Source of the DNA: an uncultured Acidobacteriota bacterium
Lineage (GTDB): Bacteria; Acidobacteriota; Blastocatellia; RBC074
DNA: 64,000 bases
NCBI GenBank assembly: GCA_963796275.1
Contig: CAWCKY010000006.1
Location: 1,536,001 to 1,600,000 of the forward strand
Direction: 5' to 3'
Below are positions 47,037-56,672 of this stretch, piece by piece. Numbering within the stretch: position 1 is the first letter of the stretch; each line of letters starts with the position of its first letter. The notes beneath the pieces were generated by a model that saw nothing but the letters and a program-made list of their open reading frames with translations, searched no databases and was not told the DNA's origin. Position numbers and translations under genes: made by a program.

Positions 47037-49553
47037 GTGAAAAGAAATCTTCTGTTTTTATGCATGTTTGCCATGTGGTGTTTCGCCGTCTTGGGTTCGG
47101 GGAAAATTTTCACTAACAGCAGCGCGCAACAAGCCGACATTGAACTTTCGCTGGCTCCTTTGTCGATTCCCGACAATACGATCGGAATCCGTGTGCGAGG
47201 GGCGAGTAAGAACGGCAAGCGTCTGGTCTTCGAATCGGAGAACAATTTTAACGGCGGCAATCCCGATCGAAACCCCGAGATTTTTGTTTTTGATGTCGAT
47301 TCACAAAGTATAATTCAGATAACCAACTCCCAGAATGGGACAACCCCAATAGTTTTTGTCAAAAACCTTACGCCATCGATCAGCGGTGATGGAACCAAGA
47401 TCGTCTTCTCTTCCAATGCGCCTTTGGGCGATATGCTTGACACTGATCACAATTATGAAATGTATTTGGCCAATCTGCCGCCCGGCGCGACGACGGCGAC
47501 GATTAGTCGCCTGACCAAGACCGATCCGGACTTTTTTTGTGGCAACGTGGGTCCAAGCGTCAATGATGACGGCAGTATGATCGTTTTCGTATCGAGATGT
47601 AAGTCCTTCAATGAGACCAATGTTGCAGGGTCATTCACTCCCGATAATCCTGAGGGTAACCCTGAGATTATGGCGCTTCGGCTGGATCCTGGGCAAACGC
47701 GATATCGATATATTCAGGTGACGGGTACGCAAAATTATAATCAGTGCGGGGCTACGTGTTCCAGCCATACTCCGAGAGTCAGCGGCAATGGGATGGTGGT
47801 GGCGTTTCTCTCTTACGGGGATTTTGAGGGCAGAAACGGCGATGCGAACGGGGATTTTGAAAATGAAGAGATTTTCCTGAGCAGGTATGATCTTGGGAGT
47901 AGTAGATTCGCTAACATCATACAGGTCACCGATACCATTGAAAACAACGGTGTGGGGGGAATCGTTCCGATCTTCGATGTAATGACGGGAAAATTCCGAG
48001 TAGATAATAATAGGGCGAGGGGAAACCTGTTTCAGTGGATTATGAATCCGCTGAGCAATGATGGGAGGTGGCTCGTGATGGAGTCGGCGGGAAACTATGA
48101 TGGGATCAATCACAACAAGGCGCGGAACGTCTGGCTTTTCGATACAGTCAACCGCTCTTTTATTAGGCTTACCAATCAGATGGCCTCTCCTGTGCCGACC
48201 CAGGATGAACTGCGGCAACTCGACTATTTCTTCTTTCCCAGCATCAATGCGGCGGGAACATTCATCACTTTCAGCTCGTCGCTCAATCTCACATCGCAGA
48301 ACCCCGATGGCAGCAAAGAGGTTTTCAGGTACGAGATTAACCATGGGAGTCTCCGGCAGCTTACGTTCACCCAGCCTTCGTCCTTCTACGACGATGAGCG
48401 TGACAACTACACATCATCATTTCTCTCTGCCAATGGCGATATCGTGTCATTCAATTATCTGACGCAATCGCTGCAGCCCAACGCAGAGAACGTGATTGGC
48501 CTTTTCCAGATGATCATCCGCCCGGTCACGAGGAGCTCTCCGGGGGCCCGTATCGTTAATGGCGCGAGCTTCGATCCGGCACAGGTCGCGCGGGGCTCGC
48601 TGAGCACAGTCCAGGGCAATGAGCTGGCCAATTCGACTCCATCGGTCCCTGCCAGTCCGCCGTTTATCGTGGATGGCGTATCGGTCTCAGTGGGAGGGAT
48701 CGCGGCGCGGATTACCTATGTCTCGCCGGGACGTGTCAATTTCGTCGTCCCGAATGAAATTGCGACTGGTGATGCGGTTGCTTTCTCAGTCAACAACAAC
48801 GGAGTGCAGTCGGCCGGGACGATCAAGATCGTCGATGCCGCGCCTGGCATCTATAGCGTCGACGGGAGCGGGACAGGAATGCCGACTGCCACCTGTTTAA
48901 GCAAATTCCAGGGCTTTCATGACATTTATTACGACCCTCCGTGCGTAGCGAGTGGGGCCAATCTGGACAGTATTCTATTCTTCTTTGGGACAGGGTGGCG
49001 CAATGCGCTGGGAACCCAGGTCAAGCTCAACGGTATGACACTGACGCCGGTCTACAGCGGGGCTGCAGGCGGGGGAGATCGGAGAGATCAGATCAACCTG
49101 GTAGTGCCTTCCAACCTTGCCGGGTTGACCGATGCCGATATCTCGGTGGTGGCATCAGGGATCAATCTTGAGAGTAATAAATTGAAGGTCTCATTCCAGG
49201 AAATCTCGACGGCCCTTCTCCTCTTGGATAGCAGCAGATGTTTAACTAAGAGGCCCGGGATGCCTGATGAGTACTCATATCCACCGTGTACGGTGAGCAG
49301 CGACACAACAACCGGGATTCTGGTCCTTTATGGCACCGTGTTTAGCAATGCGCCAAGTCTGCAGGTCAAGTTTGAAGAAGTGACATTGAGTCCGGTATAC
49401 AGCGGACCGTCGGGGAATAATCCAGCGATAGATCAGATGAACATCCCGCTGCCACCGAGTCTTGCCGGCAGGACGGGCCATATCTCAGTGATAATTCCCG
49501 GCACCGGCGTCGAGAGCAATAAGGTGAGCATCTCATTCCAGCCGCTTCCGTGA
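47037..49553 (+). CDS. Secreted TolB/PD40-like beta-propeller protein with a C-terminal TIGR03437-type domain, copy 1
   Basis: Signal peptide; repeated PSISGDG..IVFSS / EIF blades; IVNGASF..VARGSL..YVSPGRVNFVVP..APGIY..GTG..DQIN C-terminal module. Confidence 0.8.
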   Translation: MKRNLLFLCMFAMWCFAVLGSGKIFTNSSAQQADIELSLAPLSIPDNTIGIRVRGASKNGKRLVFESENNFNGGNPDRNPEIFVFDVDSQSIIQITNSQNGTTPIVFVKNLTPSISGDGTKIVFSSNAPLGDMLDTDHNYEMYLANLPPGATTATISRLTKTDPDFFCGNVGPSVNDDGSMIVFVSRCKSFNETNVAGSFTPDNPEGNPEIMALRLDPGQTRYRYIQVTGTQNYNQCGATCSSHTPRVSGNGMVVAFLSYGDFEGRNGDANGDFENEEIFLSRYDLGSSRFANIIQVTDTIENNGVGGIVPIFDVMTGKFRVDNNRARGNLFQWIMNPLSNDGRWLVMESAGNYDGINHNKARNVWLFDTVNRSFIRLTNQMASPVPTQDELRQLDYFFFPSINAAGTFITFSSSLNLTSQNPDGSKEVFRYEINHGSLRQLTFTQPSSFYDDERDNYTSSFLSANGDIVSFNYLTQSLQPNAENVIGLFQMIIRPVTRSSPGARIVNGASFDPAQVARGSLSTVQGNELANSTPSVPASPPFIVDGVSVSVGGIAARITYVSPGRVNFVVPNEIATGDAVAFSVNNNGVQSAGTIKIVDAAPGIYSVDGSGTGMPTATCLSKFQGFHDIYYDPPCVASGANLDSILFFFGTGWRNALGTQVKLNGMTLTPVYSGAAGGGDRRDQINLVVPSNLAGLTDADISVVASGINLESNKLKVSFQEISTALLLLDSSRCLTKRPGMPDEYSYPPCTVSSDTTTGILVLYGTVFSNAPSLQVKFEEVTLSPVYSGPSGNNPAIDQMNIPLPPSLAGRTGHISVIIPGTGVESNKVSISFQPLP

Positions 49554-49555
49554 GA

Positions 49556-49745
49556 TGGCCATCTGAGATTTGAGATTTAATATTCGTCCTTAATACAAAT
49601 TTCAAATTTCAAAATTTCAAAATCTCTGTGGCCGAGCCTGATTACTGATCACAGCAATATCGTGGTTGGGATTGTTAATAGTCGATTTCGATTATAGATG
49701 ACCGTCCCAGTTTTGTCTCCAGTCGGTCATCAGGAGGTTGAATCT
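49556..49745 (+). promoter_or_regulatory. Conserved structured intergenic spacer (heptamer hairpin plus stem-loops abutting the Rhs RBS), copy 1
   Basis: Near-identical to 60216-60389; GATGACCG...CGGTCATC stem ends immediately before AGGAGG. Confidence 0.5.
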
Positions 49746-52700
49746 ATGTCTCGCCTGCTTGCGAAGTCCTCTCTCTTCTTGGCTCATTCCATTCACTCAG
49801 CTCTTTCCGCGTGTGGAACTCTGCGTGCCGCATTCCGGCAGACAGGAGGCTGTCTGTCGTCACTCTTGCGCGCGCTCATGTTACGACGCGAGCCCGAGAG
49901 ACGGCGATTCGCCCCTTCCGCCATCCATCGTTTCGTCTGCGCCGCGATGGTGATAGTGATGCCTGCCCAGATGGTACTAGCTTCGCCTCAGATTACTCAC
50001 GCCCTGGCGGAGGGCGTCCGGGTGAGATCGATCAATTCGTGGCAGAGGGCGGAGCACTGGTGGGGCGCGAGCGGGTGGGGGGCGAGCTCGGCGCTCTTCG
50101 TGCGAGAGAACCTTCCCTTCCTGGGCTCCGCCAAGCCGCAGAGGAAGGGAGGGGATGGGAGAGGGGCGCCGGCGGGAGAGCGGATGCCGCAGCCGAGACC
50201 GCAGGAGACGCAGGCAGAGCGCCAAGCGCGTGTGGCGCGTGTGGAGGTGATACCTGCAGAGGCCGCCGTCAGACCCGATCAGGAGGTGGAGTTCATCGTC
50301 ATCGGATATGATAGCGATGGTGCGCCGGTCAGCAGCTTGCCGTTTGAGCTGAGCGGAGAGGATGAGAAGACCGGCGAGAGTGTGGCGGTGGGGGGGAAGG
50401 GGAAGTTTGCCGCCTCCCGAGAGGGAGATTACCGGGTGAAGGTCAATGCGTTGGGCCATCGGGCCGAAGCCAGGGTGAAGGTGAATACTGCCCCGGGGGC
50501 GCTGAGTGACAGACCGGTGGTTCCCTATACCTTTTCATCGCGCGACCTGCCACAGGCACCGCGATCCAGTTCGTCGGTTACGCCCGGGAACCGGCGCCCC
50601 GGCAAGCAGAAGGGAAATATCGTAGGAGGATTGGCTTCGAGGTACGCGGCGAGCGGGACGAAGCTGATGGCGGCGATCGCGCAGAGCCAGGGAGACCTCT
50701 ATGGGTGGAACGACGGCAACGCGACGACGGCGGATGATCCCGGATCGGGGCGAGGCATGCCGACCGGAGAGCCGCCCGATGGTGGAGCGGGCAGCGCCAA
50801 TTTCCAGTTCACCGCGCCGGTGCTGGCAGTGGAGGGGCGAGGTCTTGACCTGGATCTGGGGATGTACTACAACGCGCGCGTCTGGCATAAGGCGGGCCCC
50901 GTGATCACCTACAACATCGATAACGAACAAGTGCCCGGCTGGCGGTTCGGCTTGAGTAAGATAGTGGGAATGGGCGAGCAGAGCGGATTTATGATCATGG
51001 AAGCCAACGGGACGCGGCGGTCATACACGTGTACGATCACGCCGCAGCAGCCGATCGGATTCGCAGACTGCAAGACCACCGACGGTTCATTCATCGACTA
51101 CCACGTGGAGGCGTCTTACCCTGGAGGAAAGCCGATCTCGGCGCGGATGGCGCTGTCCAACGGGACGGTGATCACGATGGACACGGCCAACCCATATGGG
51201 TCTGGTCCGAATGCGGTCTACCCGCAGAATATTCAGGATAGTCACGGGAATCGGATAAATATCGCGTATGCGCCCCACTCATTCCCCTATGGAGGGGAGC
51301 CGAAGATTCGCTACATCATCGACACGATGGGGAAGGTGATCGAGTTCTATTATAACGCCGATCACCTGCCGGTAGCGGTGACGGCGCCCGGGTTGGACGG
51401 GACGAGGCGGACGATGGTGCGGATCACCTACGATTGGATAAATAAAAGCAGCCTGGGAACATTCACAAACATGGTTCCGCTGATCCGTAATACTTCATAT
51501 CCACGTGTGAAGGCGATCTATTATCCGGAAAGCAAGACGGGGTGGTGGTTCGGGGATTCCTATTCGGTCTATGGGATGCTGGCGAAGGTAGTCAATCAGC
51601 GGGGAATGAGCTTTAGTGGGGCGTCGCTGCCGGCCGATTCGTTACAACCGGCAGATATGGGAACGATCACGCCTGGAGTGATGACGCACCAGTTGGTCTA
51701 TGACTATCCGATGGTATCGAGCGGATTGAGGGATGAGCCGAGATATCAGACAATGACCGAGACGTGGGCGTATATGGATGAGGCGCCGGCGGTGACGCGA
51801 TATCTGGTGCAGGAGGATGCGACGCCGCGGCGAACGGAGATGACGCGGCCTGACGGGGTGAAGATGGTGATGCTGTCGCATAACGCGCCGGGAGATTTCA
51901 AGGATGGTCGTGTATATCAGAACGAGACCTTCAGCCCGCAGGGAGCGCTGCTGAGCCGGTCATACATCGAATGGGAGGAGGGGAACTGTCCGCAGCCGGG
52001 GCAGGCGCCTGGACCATACGAGTATTGTGCGCCGCGAGTGAGCCGGATAGAGACGACTGATGAACTGGGCCAGACGACGGGCAAAGAATACAGCTATGGG
52101 TCGCACTTCAACCAGGTGGGGGAGACGCGCCTCTATGGGTATGGGTATAAATTTGATGGGACGAAGACGTTGCTGCGGAAGACGAAGACTGAGTATATGA
52201 ATGATGGGAAGTATATCGATTATCGGCAACGAGCGTATGGGAGCCACATCTACAATCTGGTGAAGGCGAGCGAGGTATATGGGGCAGATGGGACGACGCG
52301 GTTGGCGCGCACTGAGTATTCCTATGATGAAAACACAGGGACAGGGGGATTGAAAGATGCGCCTGAGATAACGACAGATGGGTATAACAGTTACTTCAAC
52401 CCGCATAGTACCCCGGGAAACATCGATACGTGGAATCGGGGAGATGTCACGAGTGTCAAACGATACGCGAAGGCGGCGACGCTGGAGGGTGCGATCACCG
52501 GGACGATGGATTACGACACCACGGGGAACGTGGTGAAGGTGGTGCCGCAATGCTGCGGTCAGACGATGATCGAATACACGTTAAACACGCAATACTCGTG
52601 GCCGGAATCGGTGACCAGCGGATCGGTGACTGAGACGACGAAACAGAATAAGACATTCGCGACCTATGATTTCGGCACTGGGCTGTTGAAGAATGAGACC

Positions 52701-55700
52701 GATGCGAATGGACGGATATCGCAATATGAATACATCCCCGGAACGACACGCCCATTAAAAGAGATAGGGCCGACCGGGGCCTACACCTATCACGAGTACG
52801 ATGATGCGGGGCTGAAGGTGATGGACTTCGTCTACAGGGCTGGGGAGAGCGAGGGGGATTTCTCTTCGCGCAGCGATAAATACCTGAATGGGCAGGGCCA
52901 GGTGCGCTTGGCGATCGGGTATGGGAAGGATGACGTGCAGGATCAGGTGGCGAGCCGATATGACCAGATGGGAAGAATGAAGCAGCAGAGCCGGCCGTAC
53001 CGCGATGGGGAGACGCCGCAATGGAGCACGGTGACCTATGATGACCTGGATCGGCCGATGAAGACGACCTCGCCTGACTTGAGCGAAATGACGAGAGCGT
53101 ACAACGAGGAGGTGGAGCCTGAAGGGGCATTGGGGCAGGCGGGGCAGACGGTGCGAGTGAGGGACGCGTGGGGGCGAGAGCACTGGGCGCGCAGAGACGC
53201 GCTGAGGAGGCTGGTGGAGGTCATCGAACCGAATCCGGATGGGGACGGAAGTGTGGGGACAGGCGGGCTGATCACGACCTACAGTTACGATGAGCTGGAT
53301 CGGTTGATTGAGGTGAGGCAGGGAAACCAGAGGCGGAGATTCAGGTATAACTCGTTTGGACAGGTAACGCATCAGAAATTGGCGGAACAGGCTGGGACGC
53401 TCAATGACCAGGGGGAGTATGTTGAGATGGGGGGGCAGTGGAGCAGTGTCTTCAAATACGACCCACGGACGACCCTGATGACAGAGAGCGTGGATGCGCG
53501 TGGGGTGAAGACGGTCTTTGAATACAACGACGATCCGCTCTACCGGGTGCAGACGCTGAGATATGACAAGAGCGGAGTGCCTGCGAGTCTGGCGGGGACG
53601 ATACTGGATGCGGCGAGTGTGGATTACTTCTATATGACGACAGGAGACGTGACGCGGCTGCGGAGTATGGAAGTGGCTTCAGGGATGGGCAACGAGACGA
53701 TGAGCTACGACAGCGAGGGAAGGCCGAGCGAGGTGGTGCGGACCTTTGCGGGACGTGGGGACTATCCGCTGGTGATGAACTATGAGTGGGATGAGCTGGG
53801 TCGGCTGAAAGCGATGACCTATCCGAATCAGTACGGAGCTGGAGATATCCGCAAGAAGGTGGAATACACCTATGACAGCGCGAGCCGGGTCGAGAGTATG
53901 AAGTTCGGGGGAGTGTCCTTCGCCGCCAACCCGGTCTACAACGCAGCGGACCAGACGACGTCGTTGAAGGTTGGTAGCCAGACCGTCGAGAACTATGGCT
54001 ATGACCTGCAGACGGGACTTCTGACGACACAGCAAGTCGTGCGCGGCGGGACGGATAAATTGGTAGATCTGAAGTACAACTACACGCTGACCAATGATGC
54101 GAACAACAGCGGAGCGAAGACGGGGCAACTGACGGGGATCACGGATCTGAAGAACCCGGCGCGCAACCGGATACATAAATACGACAATCTAGGAAGATTG
54201 AAGATGGTCCAGGGAGGAGCCAATGCGTTCACGAGCCCGGACTGGAGTCAGAGCTACAGATATGATCGGTTTGGGAACAAGTTGGGAGTGACGAAGAATG
54301 GTAACTCGCCGCAGATACCGCTGGATGGGATGGGGAGTGTGAGCGTCAACCCACTAAACAACCGGATCACGAGCGCGGGGTTTGCGTATAACGATACGGG
54401 AGATCAGACGAGTGCGGTGATCGACGAAAGCGGGACGCAGCAGCAGAGTCAGTATGATGCGGCAGGGAGGCTGGTGAAGGTGCTGGACGGGAGCGGGACG
54501 ACGGTGCTGGCGAGCTATAGCTACGGAGCGGGCAACCAGCGGCTGATGAGCGTCGAGGGCGGAGTGACGAGGTATTTCGCGTGGGGAGGAGAAGGGATAT
54601 TGAGCGAGTACGAGGCAGTGGGAGCGAGCGGGTTGAAGTGGAAGACGAGTTACGTCTATCTGAGCGGGCAGCTCATGGCGACGACGAGTGGGAGCGATGG
54701 GAGTGAGACGCGATTCCATCACCCGAATCGATTGGGTGGCACGAGGCTGGTGACCGATGCGGCGAATGGGGAGATAGTGGCGGAGCAGTTGAGCTTGCCA
54801 TACGGGACGATGCAGCCGTATGGGGCGTATGGCGGAGACAACTCGTATCAGCACCCGACCAAGAGCAATCCGTCGAGGAAGCGGTTCACGAGCTATGATC
54901 TGGACGATGCGACTGGAATGCATTATGCGGTGAATCGGTATTACAGCAGCCGGCAGGGGCGATTCACGCAGGTCGATCCGATAGTGATGGGATCGGTGGA
55001 GTTGGCGAATCCGCAGAGTTTGAACCTGTATGCGTATGTGGAGGGCGATCCGGTAAACAGTAGAGATCCGTTGGGGCTTGATGGTCTGTCCTTTTCTTTC
55101 GGAGGACCCTATCCGACAGGTGGAGGAGGTGGTGGCTGGTGGAATAGCTTGTTATCGTTTGGGCCGTTTACCTTCAGTTTCGGGTTTGGCAGTGGATTTG
55201 GGGGCCCATTCATTCCATGGTTCCCACTTCCCATGAACAGGATGCTGTTGCTGCAGCAACAACTCGGGATACAGCCAACATACGTGGCGAAGCCACAGGA
55301 GCCCAAACCACTACTGCCGCTGCTACAGGAGCCACCTACGGCTCAACCTTTTGTGAGCAAGAGCCCCTCGATCTCTGAAAGCGATTTCTATTACAACGAG
55401 GAGTATGGTGCGACTTTAAGAATTGGACAAGCATCAGAATCCAAAGCAAGCGCTGATGGTTTTTTTGCCAATGTTAGGAAGTGGCTTCCTGGAAGTTTTG
55501 GCTTGAGTATTGATGCCGCAGCTAATGCTGGTATGGGCATGGGATATAATGCTGTTGGTTCGGCAGGGATTGGCACATTTTCTGGGCGCCCATTTTTCGG
55601 ATTGCCAAATGGAGCATTTGCTAGCGGTGGCGTTTCTGGATATGGAACTAATCACCCATTCAGTTATCCACAGGAAGTGCCGGACAAGATTGGGGGACTT

Positions 55701-55976
55701 CAAGTTCCCAATATATCGGTTTTTGGTTATGCTGGGGTCGGTATTGGTGGGTGGCTCAGCAATGCTCGAACCCCATATGACCTGACAAAAACAGTTAACA
55801 CAATCTCTATAAATTTCGGAATACCATGGGTCGCAGACTTGCAGGGCGGATTTTCGCTGTCTTATGGTAATGGAATATATCAACTTACTATTGACCCTCC
55901 AACCGGTATTCCTTTCACGGGGATCGGAGGTGGTATGGGCATTATCAAGCAAACGACTGCCACTAAGGGATGGTGA
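49746..55976 (+). CDS. Rhs/YD-repeat polymorphic toxin (~2076 aa) with a signal peptide, Ig-like and DUF6531-like N-terminal domains and a Gly-rich C-terminal domain
   Basis: AGGAGG RBS before ATG 49746; many YD repeats; Rhs core RYYSSRQGRFTQVDP...NLYAYVEGDPVNSRDPLG; composition shifts after DPLG (~55076). Confidence 0.92.
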   Translation: MSRLLAKSSLFLAHSIHSALSACGTLRAAFRQTGGCLSSLLRALMLRREPERRRFAPSAIHRFVCAAMVIVMPAQMVLASPQITHALAEGVRVRSINSWQRAEHWWGASGWGASSALFVRENLPFLGSAKPQRKGGDGRGAPAGERMPQPRPQETQAERQARVARVEVIPAEAAVRPDQEVEFIVIGYDSDGAPVSSLPFELSGEDEKTGESVAVGGKGKFAASREGDYRVKVNALGHRAEARVKVNTAPGALSDRPVVPYTFSSRDLPQAPRSSSSVTPGNRRPGKQKGNIVGGLASRYAASGTKLMAAIAQSQGDLYGWNDGNATTADDPGSGRGMPTGEPPDGGAGSANFQFTAPVLAVEGRGLDLDLGMYYNARVWHKAGPVITYNIDNEQVPGWRFGLSKIVGMGEQSGFMIMEANGTRRSYTCTITPQQPIGFADCKTTDGSFIDYHVEASYPGGKPISARMALSNGTVITMDTANPYGSGPNAVYPQNIQDSHGNRINIAYAPHSFPYGGEPKIRYIIDTMGKVIEFYYNADHLPVAVTAPGLDGTRRTMVRITYDWINKSSLGTFTNMVPLIRNTSYPRVKAIYYPESKTGWWFGDSYSVYGMLAKVVNQRGMSFSGASLPADSLQPADMGTITPGVMTHQLVYDYPMVSSGLRDEPRYQTMTETWAYMDEAPAVTRYLVQEDATPRRTEMTRPDGVKMVMLSHNAPGDFKDGRVYQNETFSPQGALLSRSYIEWEEGNCPQPGQAPGPYEYCAPRVSRIETTDELGQTTGKEYSYGSHFNQVGETRLYGYGYKFDGTKTLLRKTKTEYMNDGKYIDYRQRAYGSHIYNLVKASEVYGADGTTRLARTEYSYDENTGTGGLKDAPEITTDGYNSYFNPHSTPGNIDTWNRGDVTSVKRYAKAATLEGAITGTMDYDTTGNVVKVVPQCCGQTMIEYTLNTQYSWPESVTSGSVTETTKQNKTFATYDFGTGLLKNETDANGRISQYEYIPGTTRPLKEIGPTGAYTYHEYDDAGLKVMDFVYRAGESEGDFSSRSDKYLNGQGQVRLAIGYGKDDVQDQVASRYDQMGRMKQQSRPYRDGETPQWSTVTYDDLDRPMKTTSPDLSEMTRAYNEEVEPEGALGQAGQTVRVRDAWGREHWARRDALRRLVEVIEPNPDGDGSVGTGGLITTYSYDELDRLIEVRQGNQRRRFRYNSFGQVTHQKLAEQAGTLNDQGEYVEMGGQWSSVFKYDPRTTLMTESVDARGVKTVFEYNDDPLYRVQTLRYDKSGVPASLAGTILDAASVDYFYMTTGDVTRLRSMEVASGMGNETMSYDSEGRPSEVVRTFAGRGDYPLVMNYEWDELGRLKAMTYPNQYGAGDIRKKVEYTYDSASRVESMKFGGVSFAANPVYNAADQTTSLKVGSQTVENYGYDLQTGLLTTQQVVRGGTDKLVDLKYNYTLTNDANNSGAKTGQLTGITDLKNPARNRIHKYDNLGRLKMVQGGANAFTSPDWSQSYRYDRFGNKLGVTKNGNSPQIPLDGMGSVSVNPLNNRITSAGFAYNDTGDQTSAVIDESGTQQQSQYDAAGRLVKVLDGSGTTVLASYSYGAGNQRLMSVEGGVTRYFAWGGEGILSEYEAVGASGLKWKTSYVYLSGQLMATTSGSDGSETRFHHPNRLGGTRLVTDAANGEIVAEQLSLPYGTMQPYGAYGGDNSYQHPTKSNPSRKRFTSYDLDDATGMHYAVNRYYSSRQGRFTQVDPIVMGSVELANPQSLNLYAYVEGDPVNSRDPLGLDGLSFSFGGPYPTGGGGGGWWNSLLSFGPFTFSFGFGSGFGGPFIPWFPLPMNRMLLLQQQLGIQPTYVAKPQEPKPLLPLLQEPPTAQPFVSKSPSISESDFYYNEEYGATLRIGQASESKASADGFFANVRKWLPGSFGLSIDAAANAGMGMGYNAVGSAGIGTFSGRPFFGLPNGAFASGGVSGYGTNHPFSYPQEVPDKIGGLQVPNISVFGYAGVGIGGWLSNARTPYDLTKTVNTISINFGIPWVADLQGGFSLSYGNGIYQLTIDPPTGIPFTGIGGGMGIIKQTTATKGW

Positions 55977-56279
55977 TTTGTAATGTTGTCGGATGAGATG
56001 TTGATATGAATATCTGGCAATTCCCTGATTAATTTCGCATAGATTTCAGGGCCTCAATCTGAGTTGCTCTATCATTCAAGGTCGTTAGCAGGCTGGTGCA
56101 GAAGATGAGATAATCGAGTAGAACGCACTATAGATGATATGAAAACATGGTGCTGGCGCCCAGTTCGGCTAGTAACACTGATTTGAACGTTTCCTTGATA
56201 GACTAGAGACTATCTGGCCCTTCAAGGAAGCGTCTTGACCTTCATATATCTTCTTCGTTATTTTAAGATTGCAGAGTAA

Positions 56280-56672
56280 ATGGATTGTATATTTCAAATT
56301 GTTACTTTTGTCATTCAGCTTATGGGCTTTGCCCTATTCATTTTCGTATTTATTTGGCTCTTTGCTCGCCCACTTCTCTATAGTTATCAAATATCCCACA
56401 GTGGTATAGACATTATGTTTATGTACGTATATAAAATGTATTATATTAATTTCGATGACATCGTAAATATCCGAGTTGAGAACTATCTATCCGCATTAAG
56501 GAATTTCAATAGCATTAGCAATATCCGCAAAACGAAAAACCTGTTAGATACATTTTACCCGAAGCGAGTGATGGTAATCACCACAAGCGGAAAGATACAG
56601 AATTGGATATTATCCACGACTCCTCTTGAGTACATTAGCAATAATGTAAAGATAAGTATTGAGTACAAATGA
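56280..56672 (+). CDS. AT-rich small membrane protein, candidate immunity protein
   Basis: N-terminal TM helix, markedly AT-rich, downstream of the Rhs toxin, overlaps the next gene (ATGA). Confidence 0.6.
   Translation: MDCIFQIVTFVIQLMGFALFIFVFIWLFARPLLYSYQISHSGIDIMFMYVYKMYYINFDDIVNIRVENYLSALRNFNSISNIRKTKNLLDTFYPKRVMVITTSGKIQNWILSTTPLEYISNNVKISIEYK

Noticed and set aside
49626-49745. Known riboswitch upstream of the Rhs gene
   Set aside because: I could not recognise the consensus of any known riboswitch class; kept only as an unclassified structured spacer.
45216-55976. Type VI secretion locus (FHA plus Rhs)
   Set aside because: No tss, vgrG, hcp or PAAR genes or motifs here. The FHA domain is C-terminal, unlike TagH, and the Rhs has a signal-peptide-like segment.
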